Assembly (NCBI RefSeq): GCF_006345805.1
Contig: NC_043004.1
Location: forward strand, 94,612,001-94,676,000
Origin: Octopus sinensis
Taxonomy: Eukaryota
Direction: 5' to 3'
DNA: 64,000 nucleotides
Under the pieces are notes generated by a model. The model was given only the letters and a program-made list of their open reading frames with translations, made no database searches and had not been told where the DNA came from. Positions 52,555 to 64,000 of the stretch are shown here, piece by piece; position 1 is the first letter of the stretch; each line of letters starts with the position of its first letter. Both the position numbers and the translations under genes were made by a program.

Positions 52555-52982
52555 AACGGCTTCATTGGTCAGGGAGAGAGTCTATATTATTCAGTATTTG
52601 TGTGTTAAAATTGCAGACTCAGGCGAAATGTTTAACACTATGAAACAACGTCATGAAGATCTATAAATTTATGATTGTAAAGGTATACAAAGAGCTGTAG
52701 ATGTTACACATTTACCATTCATGTGTTCCAGACCAAAGGCTGTAGCCATAACGGGATACCACCATTACTCATCTATTTTTGTTGTTTGGTTTAAATACTT
52801 ATTGATATTATTAGGGTAGACAGATGCAGAAGGGAATGCAGATATGGTATCTAATTAGATAGACAGACAGACAGACAGACGGGTGGACGGACGGACAAAT
52901 AGAGAGACAAACAAATAGATAGACACATAGATAAGTGAATCTACAGATATGTAAATAGGGGGTATATTAATACATATGCAAG

Positions 52983-53090
52983 TAGATATGTAGCTGAACT
53001 GAACTGAAATGAAATGAAGAAATAAAAATAATCTCAAGTGGTAAATAATTTTGACTAAGCCTCGATGGTGGTTGGACAAGCAAATAGTAG

Positions 53091-53176
<86 letters not shown>

Positions 53177-53199
53177 ATATATATATGTATATATATATG

Positions 53200-53270
<71 letters not shown>

Positions 53271-53466
53271 GAATAAGTTTCATCATTCTAATTCATCTTT
53301 TACATCCTTACACTATGAAGCACTTCATAAAGGAAAATAAGCAATATCTTGCAAATTCATTTCGTTTATATTTGAAAGTACAAATTTGATTAAATGGCAG
53401 GATTTCAAAAGATTTTTATGAAATTCCTCGTTTGTGTTCAAACTAATAACAGAATGTTCTCTCAAA
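52983..53466 (+). repeat. Source copy of the local duplication found at 50496-50602 and 51189-51382
   Basis: AGATATGTAGCTGAACTGAACTGAAATG... and AATAAGTTTCATCATTCTAATTC...GTTCTCTCAAA each occur twice in the same order. Confidence 0.85.
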
Positions 53467-54121
53467 TATGCTGACTTACGCTGGAATTTCCACAGGATCT
53501 GCTAGTAAGCATAATTTTTCTAAATTCTTTTTAGCATATATTAATAGCTAGATAACTAAATGCCGTGACAGAGAATTTGTATATTTACTTATTATTCTTT
53601 TGTTATCTACTGACGTCATCATAAGTTTAAATAACGAACTGTCTTTTCTTAGACTATTATATTTCTTCTTAACATTCATTTCGTATACGTACATATATTA
53701 GAGATATTATCGCAGTTCACTTAGAATTTAACGTTTTCGTTGTTACCTTGATAACAATTTGTTAGCATAAATATTAGGTTATATTCATTTGGTTGATATC
53801 TTGTACCTTACTTCTATGTCTAAATATGCTGGCAGAATAGGAACAATGATCGGCAATGTATGCTGTAATCATCAACTGAATAGATCACCAAATACATCGC
53901 CTCTGCTAGCAATATAAAAATGCGTGCTTTTATGCACCATGCATGCATATGTGAGGTTTTCTCAAGGTAGATACTGCTGTATTCGGGGCGCTAAGAATAC
54001 TTCCATGTTAAATTGAATATAAAAATTGCCTTATATACATATATACATAAACAAATAAATGTGCCCTTTTTTAAAGCCTAGCCAGGCTCATGGGCCCAGT
54101 TGAATAATTATATATATATAG

Positions 54122-54315
54122 ACGCCATGATAGATCGTTAGCCACTACACACATTTTTTCTCTTCTTGTTTTCTGTGTCCCTTTCTGTAGAAGAGCGTAG
54201 GCTCGAAACGTAAAATACTTTTTTCTATTCCTGAGCGTTATATTAATACATCTGTTTGTTTTGTACACCACCTGTCTTCGTCTTTTGTTGTTTTTTGCGT
54301 AAACTTTCCCTATAT
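54122..54315 (+). mobile_element. HHR-like element family E, copy 2
   Basis: cttt CTGTAGAA gagc-gtag-gctc GAAA cg TA aaat at 54181-54216. Confidence 0.75.
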
Positions 54316-54357
54316 ATAGAGAGAGAGGGGGGAGAGAGGGAGAGAGAGAGAGGAAGC

Positions 54358-54433
<76 letters not shown>

Positions 54434-54866
54434 TGGAGTGTGTGAGTGTGTGTGTGTGTGGAAAGGACCCAATAGGCTTACATATACATATATGTATGAA
54501 CGTGTGCAATTAGTAGAAGAAACAACCTTTAACGCTCCAGATTAAAGTACCACTTCACCAAAGAAAGCAAACAGAATGAGACAAAAGAAAAGAAAGATGA
54601 AAAAAAAAGAAAGGTAGAAAAGTTACTTGTTGTCTAAACTGCACTTTCTACTACCTCTCGTATTTATGCGCATGGCTGTGTGTGTGTGTGTGTGGTTCGT
54701 GAGAATTGGCGACACATAAGTATGTTAATAAAAGCATTTGTACATATAAATCACGTATCAGAGATAGCTTGTATGTTTATACATATAGATGTGTGTGCCT
54801 TTGTGCATGAGTGTGTGTATGAACGGATGAATGGATGAACACAGCTATATAGACAAAACAGACAGA

Positions 54867-54944
<78 letters not shown>

Positions 54945-55630
54945 GTTTGAAAACGTCACTATATAAGATGAATTTTTATTTTCAAAGTTAAGTGTAAAAA
55001 AAATAGTTCGTAATTGTTTCTTACTAGTCACAACAGAATCCACGTGGTGGTTTTTGTTGGGGAGAGCATAATAGCTGCCTTGTGTGTTAACTAAAGTTGG
55101 GGAATATATATATATATACATATACACACACATATATACGTTCAAACGTACACTAATGCACACGCACACATGTATTTGAATGGGGAGACGTATCTGTGTT
55201 TATACATGTACATGTGAAGAGGAGAGGAGAAGAATACATACATGCATACATGCATACGTTTGGAAGTACAAACATAAGAAACAGTACTCAATAGGCAAAG
55301 GTAGAGCAAATATTCTTCTTCTGTTTCTCTGTTAAGTTTAGTAAATGACTCAAGAATCTAGAGCTTCGTATAGTACACTTTTCAAAGTAATGTATAAATT
55401 ATTAACTTTATTTTTATGCACAAGAATATATAAATCTTTCTTGACAATTTTATCAAAATACATTAACAAGCAGCTTTTACAAAATATGCTAGTTAAATAA
55501 AAAATATGACTAAATAAAATAAAGTACAATATAGATTGCATACACATACACATTATATAGATAGATAGATAGATATAGATATACATATAGATATATCCAT
55601 GCTAGCATGGAAGGCGGACGTCAAACGATG

Positions 55631-55667
<37 letters not shown>

Positions 55668-55669
<2 letters not shown>

Positions 55670-55926
55670 GGGAGAGTTTACGAAAAAAACAAAAGAAGAA
55701 GACAGGTGGTGTACAAAACAAACTGATGTATTAGTATAACGCTCAGGAATAGAAAAAGTCTTTTACGTTTCGAACCTATGCTCTTCTACAGAAAGGGACA
55801 CAGAAAAAACAAGGAGAGAAAAAATGTGTGTAGTGGCTAACGATCTATCATGGCGACTAGTGCCGGACAGAAGGGTCAAACACAGGAAGGAAAGTAAGGG
55901 ATATAACAAGGTAAAGATGACCCCCA

Positions 55927-55928
<2 letters not shown>
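55668..55928 (-). mobile_element. HHR-like element family E, copy 3, with a 5' extension of about 70 bp
   Basis: HHR-like fold at 55760-55795; TA arrays on both sides. Confidence 0.75.
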
Positions 55929-55960
<32 letters not shown>

Positions 55961-56056
55961 ATACACATATACGCACACATATATATGTCCCAACGTACAT
56001 TAATGCACACGCACACATGTACATGAATGGGGAGACGTATCTGTGTGTGTGTACAT

Positions 56057-56760
56057 GTGAAGAGGAGAGGAGAAGAATAGGGAAGAGAAAACCAGAAAGG
56101 ATGAAGAACAAGTGAGGGAGAGAAATAGACAGAGAAGACAAAGTAAAGTTAGAAGAGTGCGCATTGTAATTATTCTTCTCCTCTCCTCTTCACCGTTCCC
56201 TCTCTCTCACTCCTCCTCCTCGACTCTCTCGTCGCTAACACGTGACGAAAGATAATCTGTCTTTCTACACACAACCTTCGAAAAGAAAGGATGTGCTTAT
56301 ACTGTCTCCTTCATAAGCTCGTCGTCCTCGCGTTCAGAATATTTTTTATATCGTCTCAGCTTAGCAGCCCTAAACTTTTGTTTTTACTGTTTTGTTCTTA
56401 ATATCCTGTTGTTGTTAACAATTTCCCCCTCCGCAAAAAATTCTAAATTCTATTTAATTTTTCTTCGCGGGAAGGATTGTTTGGACGAAGTTGCGTCTTG
56501 TCCTTGTCTTCGGAAGGTGGAGTAGATGAAACAGGGACAACTGAAGAAGGGGCATATCCTGTATGTTGTGTGTCTCGTTTTTCTGGGGTTTTTTTTTTCG
56601 TTGTTCGAAAAAAAGTTCGTTTCTACGTTTTTGTTTTTATGTTTTCGTTTCTCATTGTATTCAACGTTTTTTGTTGTTGTCCTGTACCCATATATTCATG
56701 TGTATATATACATATATATGTAGGTATGTACATATATGTATGTATATATGCATATATTCG
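56057..56760 (+). mobile_element. Second copy of the 840-1497 element, with its 5' part inverted
   Basis: 56057-56173 matches 1373-1497 directly; 56171-56760 matches 840-1395 in reverse. Confidence 0.75.
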
Positions 56761-57071
56761 AATATTATTTATATTATTATTATATATATATATATATGCA
56801 TGAATGGTGTATTATGCATTAGTGTTTAATTTCATGTGAAGTCATATAAAAACAATTTAACTTTAAACTGAGGGTGTACTGAATGTTATTCAACTACAAT
56901 ATATATATCATTTGCATATAGAAAAGGTTTTGACGCATGCAGTCATACATGCACATATGCTTGTATATACACACACACACGTATACATACATATACACAC
57001 ACCTATGTATATATATATATATATATATATGCACATACATACATATACACACACCTATGTATATATATATA

Positions 57072-57115
<44 letters not shown>

Positions 57116-57116
57116 T

Positions 57117-57148
<32 letters not shown>

Positions 57149-57627
57149 CATACATATATATATATATATATACATATATACATATATTTATATTTGTACA
57201 TAGACAAATCCCTATTTCGGTATCAGTACGGTGTTTTCCAATGTACTATATGATGTAATGGTTTGTTCCATAAATAAGCATGCGAAGCAGTTCAGTATAT
57301 AGCAGATAACCGAATCTTGGATACATTTCTAACAGATAATTAGCGTGACGTAGTGTATGACAAGGCTCACCCACTGAGTCACTTCTTTGATCGGTTACCA
57401 AACATTTTTTCTGTTCACTGCTTCATAATTATCACATTCACAAAACTATAGTCGACTTCAATGTATATACCAAAAGACATTTACACAAAATGTCATGCAG
57501 CTGGCTAGATCGGACGTCAGACGATGGCGATGTGGAGCAAAGTTCTGATCCACTCGGTCACGCGTACTTATAAAGAAACTTAAATAAATCACGCATAGTC
57601 GTATGCACAAATCCAACACTCATCCAT

Positions 57628-57658
<31 letters not shown>

Positions 57659-57687
57659 CATAATACATACATACATACATAAATACA

Positions 57688-57854
57688 TAGGCGCAGGAGT
57701 GGCTGTGTTGTAAGTAGCTTGTTTACCAACCACATGGTTCCGGGTTCAGTCCCACTGCGTGGCATCTTGGGCAAGTGTCTTCTACTATAGCCTCGGTCCG
57801 ACCAAAGCCTTGTGAGTGGATTTGGTAGACGGAAACTGAAAGAAGCCCGTCGTA

Positions 57855-57901
<47 letters not shown>

Positions 57902-58120
57902 GTGTGTGTGTTTGTGTGAGTGTGTTTGTCCCCCTAGCATTGCTTGACAACCGATGCTGGTGTGTTTATGTCCCCGTTACTTAGCGGTTCGGCAAAAGAG
58001 GTCGATAGAATAAGTACTGGGCTTACAAAAGAATAAGTCCCGGGGTCGAGTTGCTCGATTAAAGTCGGTGCTCCAGCATGGTCGCAGTCAAATGACTGAA
58101 ACAAGTAAAAGAGTAAAAGA
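57688..58120 (+). mobile_element. SINE family A
   Basis: Full-length copy. Confidence 0.9.
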
Positions 58121-58121
58121 G

Positions 58122-58174
<53 letters not shown>

Positions 58175-58411
58175 TACATACATATGTATGTATGCATGCA
58201 TGTGTATGTATGTTCATATATACTTGTCTACATACACTCATAGAAACATACGTTGGCACCATCAATATCAGATGCGCAGGGATTGCGCATTCGATACATA
58301 TATGTGCCTGATTTACAGAAGCATTTTCTTATACAAATATGTAAAACCATGGTTTAACACAGAAATCATAACAAAGATTTGAAATCATAATTTGAAACAG
58401 AAATCATAATA

Positions 58412-58598
58412 AAGGCGACGAGCTAGCAGAAACGATAGTACGCCAGTGAAATGCTTAGCAGTATTTCGTCTGTCATTACGTTCTGAGTTCAAATTCCGCC
58501 GAGGTCGACATTGCCTTTCATCATTTAGGGGTCGATAAATTAAGTAGCAGTTATGCACTGGGTCGATGTAATCGACTTAATCCGTTTGTCTGTCCTTG
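58412..58598 (+). mobile_element. SINE family C, 3'-truncated
   Basis: Head and central domain present. Confidence 0.85.
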
Positions 58599-59704
58599 AG
58601 ATATATTCATCTTTAAATTTTCCAAATATGCTTTGAGAGTGTAGGTGTTCATCTATTTTTATGTCGGAATGAATAAGGGCGTTGGTTGTATCTAAATTTA
58701 AGTGTTGCTGTGTAGCCTATATAAGATTTTTACTATCACTGATAGTGGCAGTGACTTTAGATCTGTAGAGTATAAGTTAAATTGAGTGAACTTTCATTTA
58801 CGTTTGTCATGTAAGCTATCTCACCAAACTATGATTGAAAAGTTATTTTTCTGGGGAGGAATATTAGTCGGCGGCAAAGTAATATTATAAATTAAATCAA
58901 GTATGATCATATTAACGTTAACTATTAGATTTTTAAAAGCCATTCTCAAATGCAGCAGAACAATTATATTTATATTCTTTTCAAGGAATACAGGTAGTTC
59001 GAAAAGTTTGGTATTTTACTAGCATGCAGAAAATTGAACAACTGAATATTCATCGTTGATATCGACGGAAGAATTTCTTTCTGTGTGTCTGCGCACGCAC
59101 ACAGATATGCATGTAGATTCCTCTACATGCATGTATTCGTACATACATACACACACACACACACATATATATATATACATACATATACATATATATACAT
59201 ACACATATATATACACATATACACATACCTACATATATATATACATACATATATATACATATATACACATAATATATATATATATATATATACCTACATA
59301 TATATATATACATACATATATATATACATATATATATACATACATGTATATATATATATATGCACGTACGCGTGTGTGTTTAGGCATGCGCACATTTATT
59401 TGTATAGACGTGTGCGTATATATTTACGTCGGTGCTTATATAAATATCTGCTTAAGTATGTGAAGGCGTATTATATGATCTTCGTGGCCTTGGTTTGTTT
59501 AGAATTTGACTGGCTTTGCTTCCTTTGGCTTTGTAATTAATTTCAAATGCTTATGTACATGCATACTTGTCCGTTTATAGCAATGTGTATGGTTATATGT
59601 ATGTTATGCAGGTGTGTTTATATGCACGTATATGCGCAGGTATGTATATGGAAGCATATATTTGGTTACATATTTACGTATTTGTGATTATGCGCATGTG
59701 CAAG

Positions 59705-60232
59705 TATGATGATGATGGCTGCCCCCTCGTTATCAAGTATGGCCATTGCACGAAGCTTAACTGTTATTGGTGCTGTGATCGAATGTGACTTTTATTTGCT
59801 TTTTAAGGCTACAGCCAGCCATTCAGTTGAGACTCACAGCATCACCAACAATCATGAACAATGTTATCGTGCAATGCCTGTGCAAGATTTTTTTCAAGTG
59901 AGGAAAGGCTGGCACTGAGTCAATCCCACTCACTAAGCAACAGCAGCTATAATCCGAAAAGAAGAACAAGTCAACATCATCGGTAACCACTGAGCTGCAG
60001 GTTTTATGTCGGAGTTATCCCAGTTACCTTAGTTACCTTCTCCTGGAAGGATGCCCTAACAAAGGCTAGGAGCCCTTCACTTCCAATGGTTTAACCTCTC
60101 GATCGGGTATTCAGTACGATTATTTCTGTGTCCCCGCGCATGATACAGCCTTAAGCCGTAAGAAAAAAAAATTACACATTTATTGGATGGCCGTTGACTC
60201 TCAAGAGTTCCTCCACCATTTGACGGGTTTTG
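59705..60232 (-). mobile_element. Possible non-autonomous RTE-derived element
   Basis: The minus strand has GGGCTCCTAGCCTTTGTTAGGGCA...CAGGAGAAGG...AACTCCGACATAAAACC, resembling RTE 5' UTRs from memory, and ends in (CAT)n. It is a single copy here. Confidence 0.35.
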
Positions 60233-60825
60233 TGCATGTATAGATAGATACATACATACATTTATATGTGTGTGTGTGCGTATGCATGTATATATGTATA
60301 TATATGTGTGTGTGTGTGTGTGTATCTAGGCACATGCAGATGTACTTTCGCGGGTATTTGTTTGTACGTACGTGTGTACCTGTGTGCGAATTTATATTTA
60401 TATCTACCTGTGTCCTTATGAGGTTCAATTAATCTTTAGCCCGACTTAACACTCCCACACAGTCCTTGAGTGCATTGAACATGTATTTGGGTTATCGGCC
60501 TCTGCTTTGATCATAACTTCTCTTCCTCCCACCAATCTGAGGAGGCTCTAGAGAAGTACGGAGACTTGTGGGCTGCTCTTCCCTCTGCTTACACTGAAAA
60601 TAAAATCTCTTTCATGTGCTTTGAAGTTTTATATTTTGTTATGTCCCTCATGTCTCTCTGTTCATGAACGATATATATAACGGGTATTGTTGTTTAGCCT
60701 CCAGCTCAGCACTGGACGACGATTCTCTATAATCAAAGGCATTCCATTTGTGATCATTTCATCACTGTTTCAATTATAGTGTATCTCTGAACTATATTAT
60801 TCGATATATAACAGTGACTTCAGAT

Positions 60826-61190
60826 TATGGCACAAGGCCAGCAGTTTCGACCCCAGTGCCCAACTGGTACTTGATTCATCGAACCCGAAAGGAAGAAAGG
60901 TAAAGACGACCTCGGTGGAATTTGAACTCACGACGTAAAGATAGTCGAAATGCTGCAAGGCCTTTTACCGGTGTGGTAACGATTCTGCCAGGTCCCCACC
61001 TTATTCAATGTATAATATTGCTTTCAACTTTCGGCAGAAGGCCAACAATTTCGGAATGGAGAGTAAGTCGATTACATCGACCTCAGGGCTTAATTGCTAT
61101 TTATTTTATCGGCCCGAAGTTGAGATCGGCGGAATTTGAACTCAAAGCATTTTGCCAGGTGTGGTAACAATTCCACCAGATCACCGCTTT
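60826..61190 (-). mobile_element. Two adjacent degenerate SINE family C copies
   Basis: GGCACAAGGCC / GGAATTTGAACTCA blocks repeated. Confidence 0.65.
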
Positions 61191-61219
61191 TATTCAATGA
61201 ATGATATTAAAGCGCTAAG

Positions 61220-61618
61220 AAGGCGGCGAGCTGGCAGAAGCGTTAGCACACCGGACGAAATTCTTAGCGGTATCTCGTCTGCCGCTACGTTCTGAGTTCA
61301 AATTCCGCCGAGGTCGACTTTGCCTTTTATCCTTTCGGGGTCGATTAAATAAGTACCAGTTACGCATTGGGGTCGATATAATCGACTTAATCCGTTTGTC
61401 TGTCCTTGTTTGTCTTCTCTGTGTTTAGCCCCTTATTGATAGTATAGAAATAGGTACTTCGTCTGTCTTTACGTTCTGAGTTCAAATTCCGCCGAGGTCG
61501 ACTTTGCCCTTCATCTTTCGAGGTCGATAAATTAAGTACCAGTTGGGTACTGGAAGCGATCTTATTGATTTCCCCTCCCCCCAAATTTCGAGCCTTGTGC
61601 CTAGAGCAGAAAAGAATA
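61220..61618 (+). mobile_element. SINE family C partial dimer with two different 3' ends
   Basis: Unit 1 ends ...GTTTAGCCCC...GAAATAGGT; unit 2 ends ...GCCTTGTGCCTAGAGCAGAAAAGAATA. Confidence 0.85.
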
Positions 61619-62365
61619 TTAAGACGGTAAGGTATGATTCGTGTAGGTACGAAGCCTAATGGCTCAGTATCGATTCTCGGACCAGATGATACATTGTGTT
61701 CTTGAGCAAGCCACTTCATTTCATGTTGATCTTGTACACCCAGATAAAAAAGAGTATCAGTACAAAATGGAAGTTAATCAAACAGATTGACGTCATGTTC
61801 AGTCGGGAATTTTAGACACTTGAAAATTTGAATAACCTCTAGAAGCCTGTATGTTTAAGGCTGAGTTCCTTAAAAAAATTATCTAAAGATTTGTCTACTA
61901 TTTCTAGCAAGTTGAGTGACTTGTGTAGAGGCTATGACATTGGTTGTCGAAACAATTTGTAACGTAACGTAATCTATGTAGATGTGGTGTGTTCTCATAC
62001 TGACTTGGTCATTCATGAAGAGAGAATGTTTTTAAACATTCCTAATTAAATATTTTAAATCAGTTGTGTTTACATGAACAATTAGATGTCTTTATATGAA
62101 CAAGTAATTATGCAAAGTATACACAATATTTGCTTCGCAACATTTTACCAACAAATTGTTTTATTAGTTTTAATTTTCTTATATATTTTCGCAATGTAAA
62201 TTAAGCTACGAAAAAAAAAAAGTACACATCTAAATATAATGGTGAAATATTCTCACAAATTGTACCAAATTATGTTAAGAAATAATTTAGAATTTCTAGA
62301 AATTTGTTTTGTTTCCAAATTTTGCTTCAGTAGAATTTGGATATGTGTGTGCGTGTGTGCGCCTC

Positions 62366-62414
<49 letters not shown>

Positions 62415-62661
62415 GTGTGTGTGTATGTGTGTGTGTGCTTGTGTTTGTATGTGTGTGCTTTTATGCCTGTGTGATATAATGGTTTAATGGAAGTGTAAAA
62501 GAAACACATTTACATCTAATCATACAAACTTAATATTCGTATGATTGGATGTATGTTTGTGTAGAAGTGTTTGATTTTTATCATGAAGCAACATCCATAG
62601 ATATTCTATTATATATGGATGCATATAAGTCTGTGTGTCTCGCTATGTGCATGTGTGTGTC

Positions 62662-62790
62662 ATCATTATCATCATTGTCATCATCGTTTTAATACCCACT
62701 TTTACGAACTTGCACAGGTGAGACAAAATTTGTTTTTGCTATGACCCGGATACCTTTCCTGTCGCCAACTCACACCTGTTTCCAAGTAAG
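62662..62790 (-). mobile_element. Old RTE 3'-tail fragment
   Basis: (CAT)n-like run followed by TTTAATACCCACTTTTAC...CCTTTCCTGTCGCCAAC. Confidence 0.5.
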
Positions 62791-62980
62791 ATCATTACCC
62801 CTCCTTTCAATGACTAGATATAACTTCGCAAAGAATTTTTAGCAAGCGTTTAAAAGATGGTGGCCTGTTTAAAATTACCGCGCACAAAACAAATAGAGAG
62901 TACAGAAACACATACACGGCACTCATGCATACACGCACATATACACGGGCATAGACATACATACATATATATATACATGT

Positions 62981-63280
62981 GGAGGCGCAATGGCACAGTG
63001 GTTACGGCAGCGGACTCGCGGTTATAGGATCGTAGTTTCGATCCCCAGACCGGGCGTTGTGAGTGTTTATTGAGCGAAAACACCTAAAGCTCCACAAGGC
63101 TCCGACAGCGGGGTAGTGGCGATCCCTACTGTACTCTTTTGCCACAAATTTTTCTCACTCTTTCTTCTGTTGGTCTGCTCGCTTAGCCAGCGGGGTGGCG
63201 TCATTTGAAGGCTAAAACAATGCGAACCGCATTGTGACCAGCGATGTGTAGCAACGTCTGATAGCTTGGTTGGTCACGGT
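62981..63280 (+). mobile_element. Full-length SINE family B, same body as 579-822
   Basis: A and B boxes; shared body. Confidence 0.9.
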
Positions 63281-63328
63281 AATATATATAATATATATAA
63301 TATATATATATATATATATCTATATATA

Positions 63329-63366
<38 letters not shown>

Positions 63367-63398
63367 TATATGTATGCATGTGTATATATATATGTATG

Positions 63399-63457
<59 letters not shown>

Positions 63458-63461
63458 ATTC

Positions 63462-63842
63462 TCTTTTGACTGAGGCCATGCTGGAGCACCGCCTTTAATC
63501 GAGAAACTCGACCCCGGGACTTATTTTTTTGTAAGCCCAGTACTTATTCTATCGGTTTCTTTTGCCGAACCGCTAGGTAACGGGGACATAAACACAGCAG
63601 CATCGGTTGTCAAGCAATGCTAGGGGGACAAACACAGACACAAAAACACACACGCGCATATATATATATACATATATACATATATACGACGGGCTTCTTT
63701 CAGTTTCCGTCTACCAAATCCACTCACAAGGCTTTGGTTGGTCTGAGGCTATAGTAGAAGATACTTGCCCAAGGTGCCACGCAGTGGAACTGAACCCGGA
63801 ACCATGTGGTTGGTAAACAAGCTACTTACCGCACAGCGCCTA
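63462..63842 (-). mobile_element. SINE family A
   Basis: Near-full-length copy with small deletions. Confidence 0.88.
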
Positions 63843-63966
63843 TGTATATATATATGTATGTGTATATATATATATATATATGTGTGTATGTATGTATGTG
63901 TGTGTATGTATGTATGTCTGTATGTATAAATGCATATGTATGCGTATGTATGTGTGCGCGCGCTTG

Positions 63967-64000
<34 letters not shown>

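Noticed and set aside
50496-53466. Direct repeats as paired LTRs of one LTR retrotransposon
   Set aside because: There are no TG..CA ends, PBS or gag/pol, and the left copy lies inside a maT element, so it is a separate insertion.

Overview
This is AT-rich, microsatellite-saturated eukaryotic DNA. The repeat families (tRNA-headed CORE-type and Meta-domain-type SINEs, (TA)n/(TAGA)n/(CA)n arrays) point to an octopus or other coleoid cephalopod genome; that assignment is inference. No host protein-coding gene is evident, and almost all short ORFs in the track are microsatellite or SINE translations. Transposons found: a near-full-length, frameshifted CR1/Jockey-group LINE (2534-6913, minus) whose N-terminal region carries a Myb/SANT-like domain and a CCCH finger; RTE LINE fragments; a complete 1.3-kb mariner; Tc1 and several DD37D/maT relics; hAT-, piggyBac- and mariner-type MITEs; a Helitron-like element; a Penelope GIY-YIG endonuclease remnant; and about 30 SINE copies. 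The main discovery-level signal is a set of unrelated short (about 200-650 bp) non-coding elements, mostly ending in (TA)n arrays, that each carry a hammerhead ribozyme (HHR) fold. Two have canonical cores (20108-20171, 39213-39299). One is a U3-A8 covariant in a 365-bp partial tandem, resembling a retrozyme (44825-45292). A three-copy family has a fixed U at core position 6. A two-copy family has the three HHR strands in reversed order, and this call is speculative. All folds were read by eye and none has been computed or tested.
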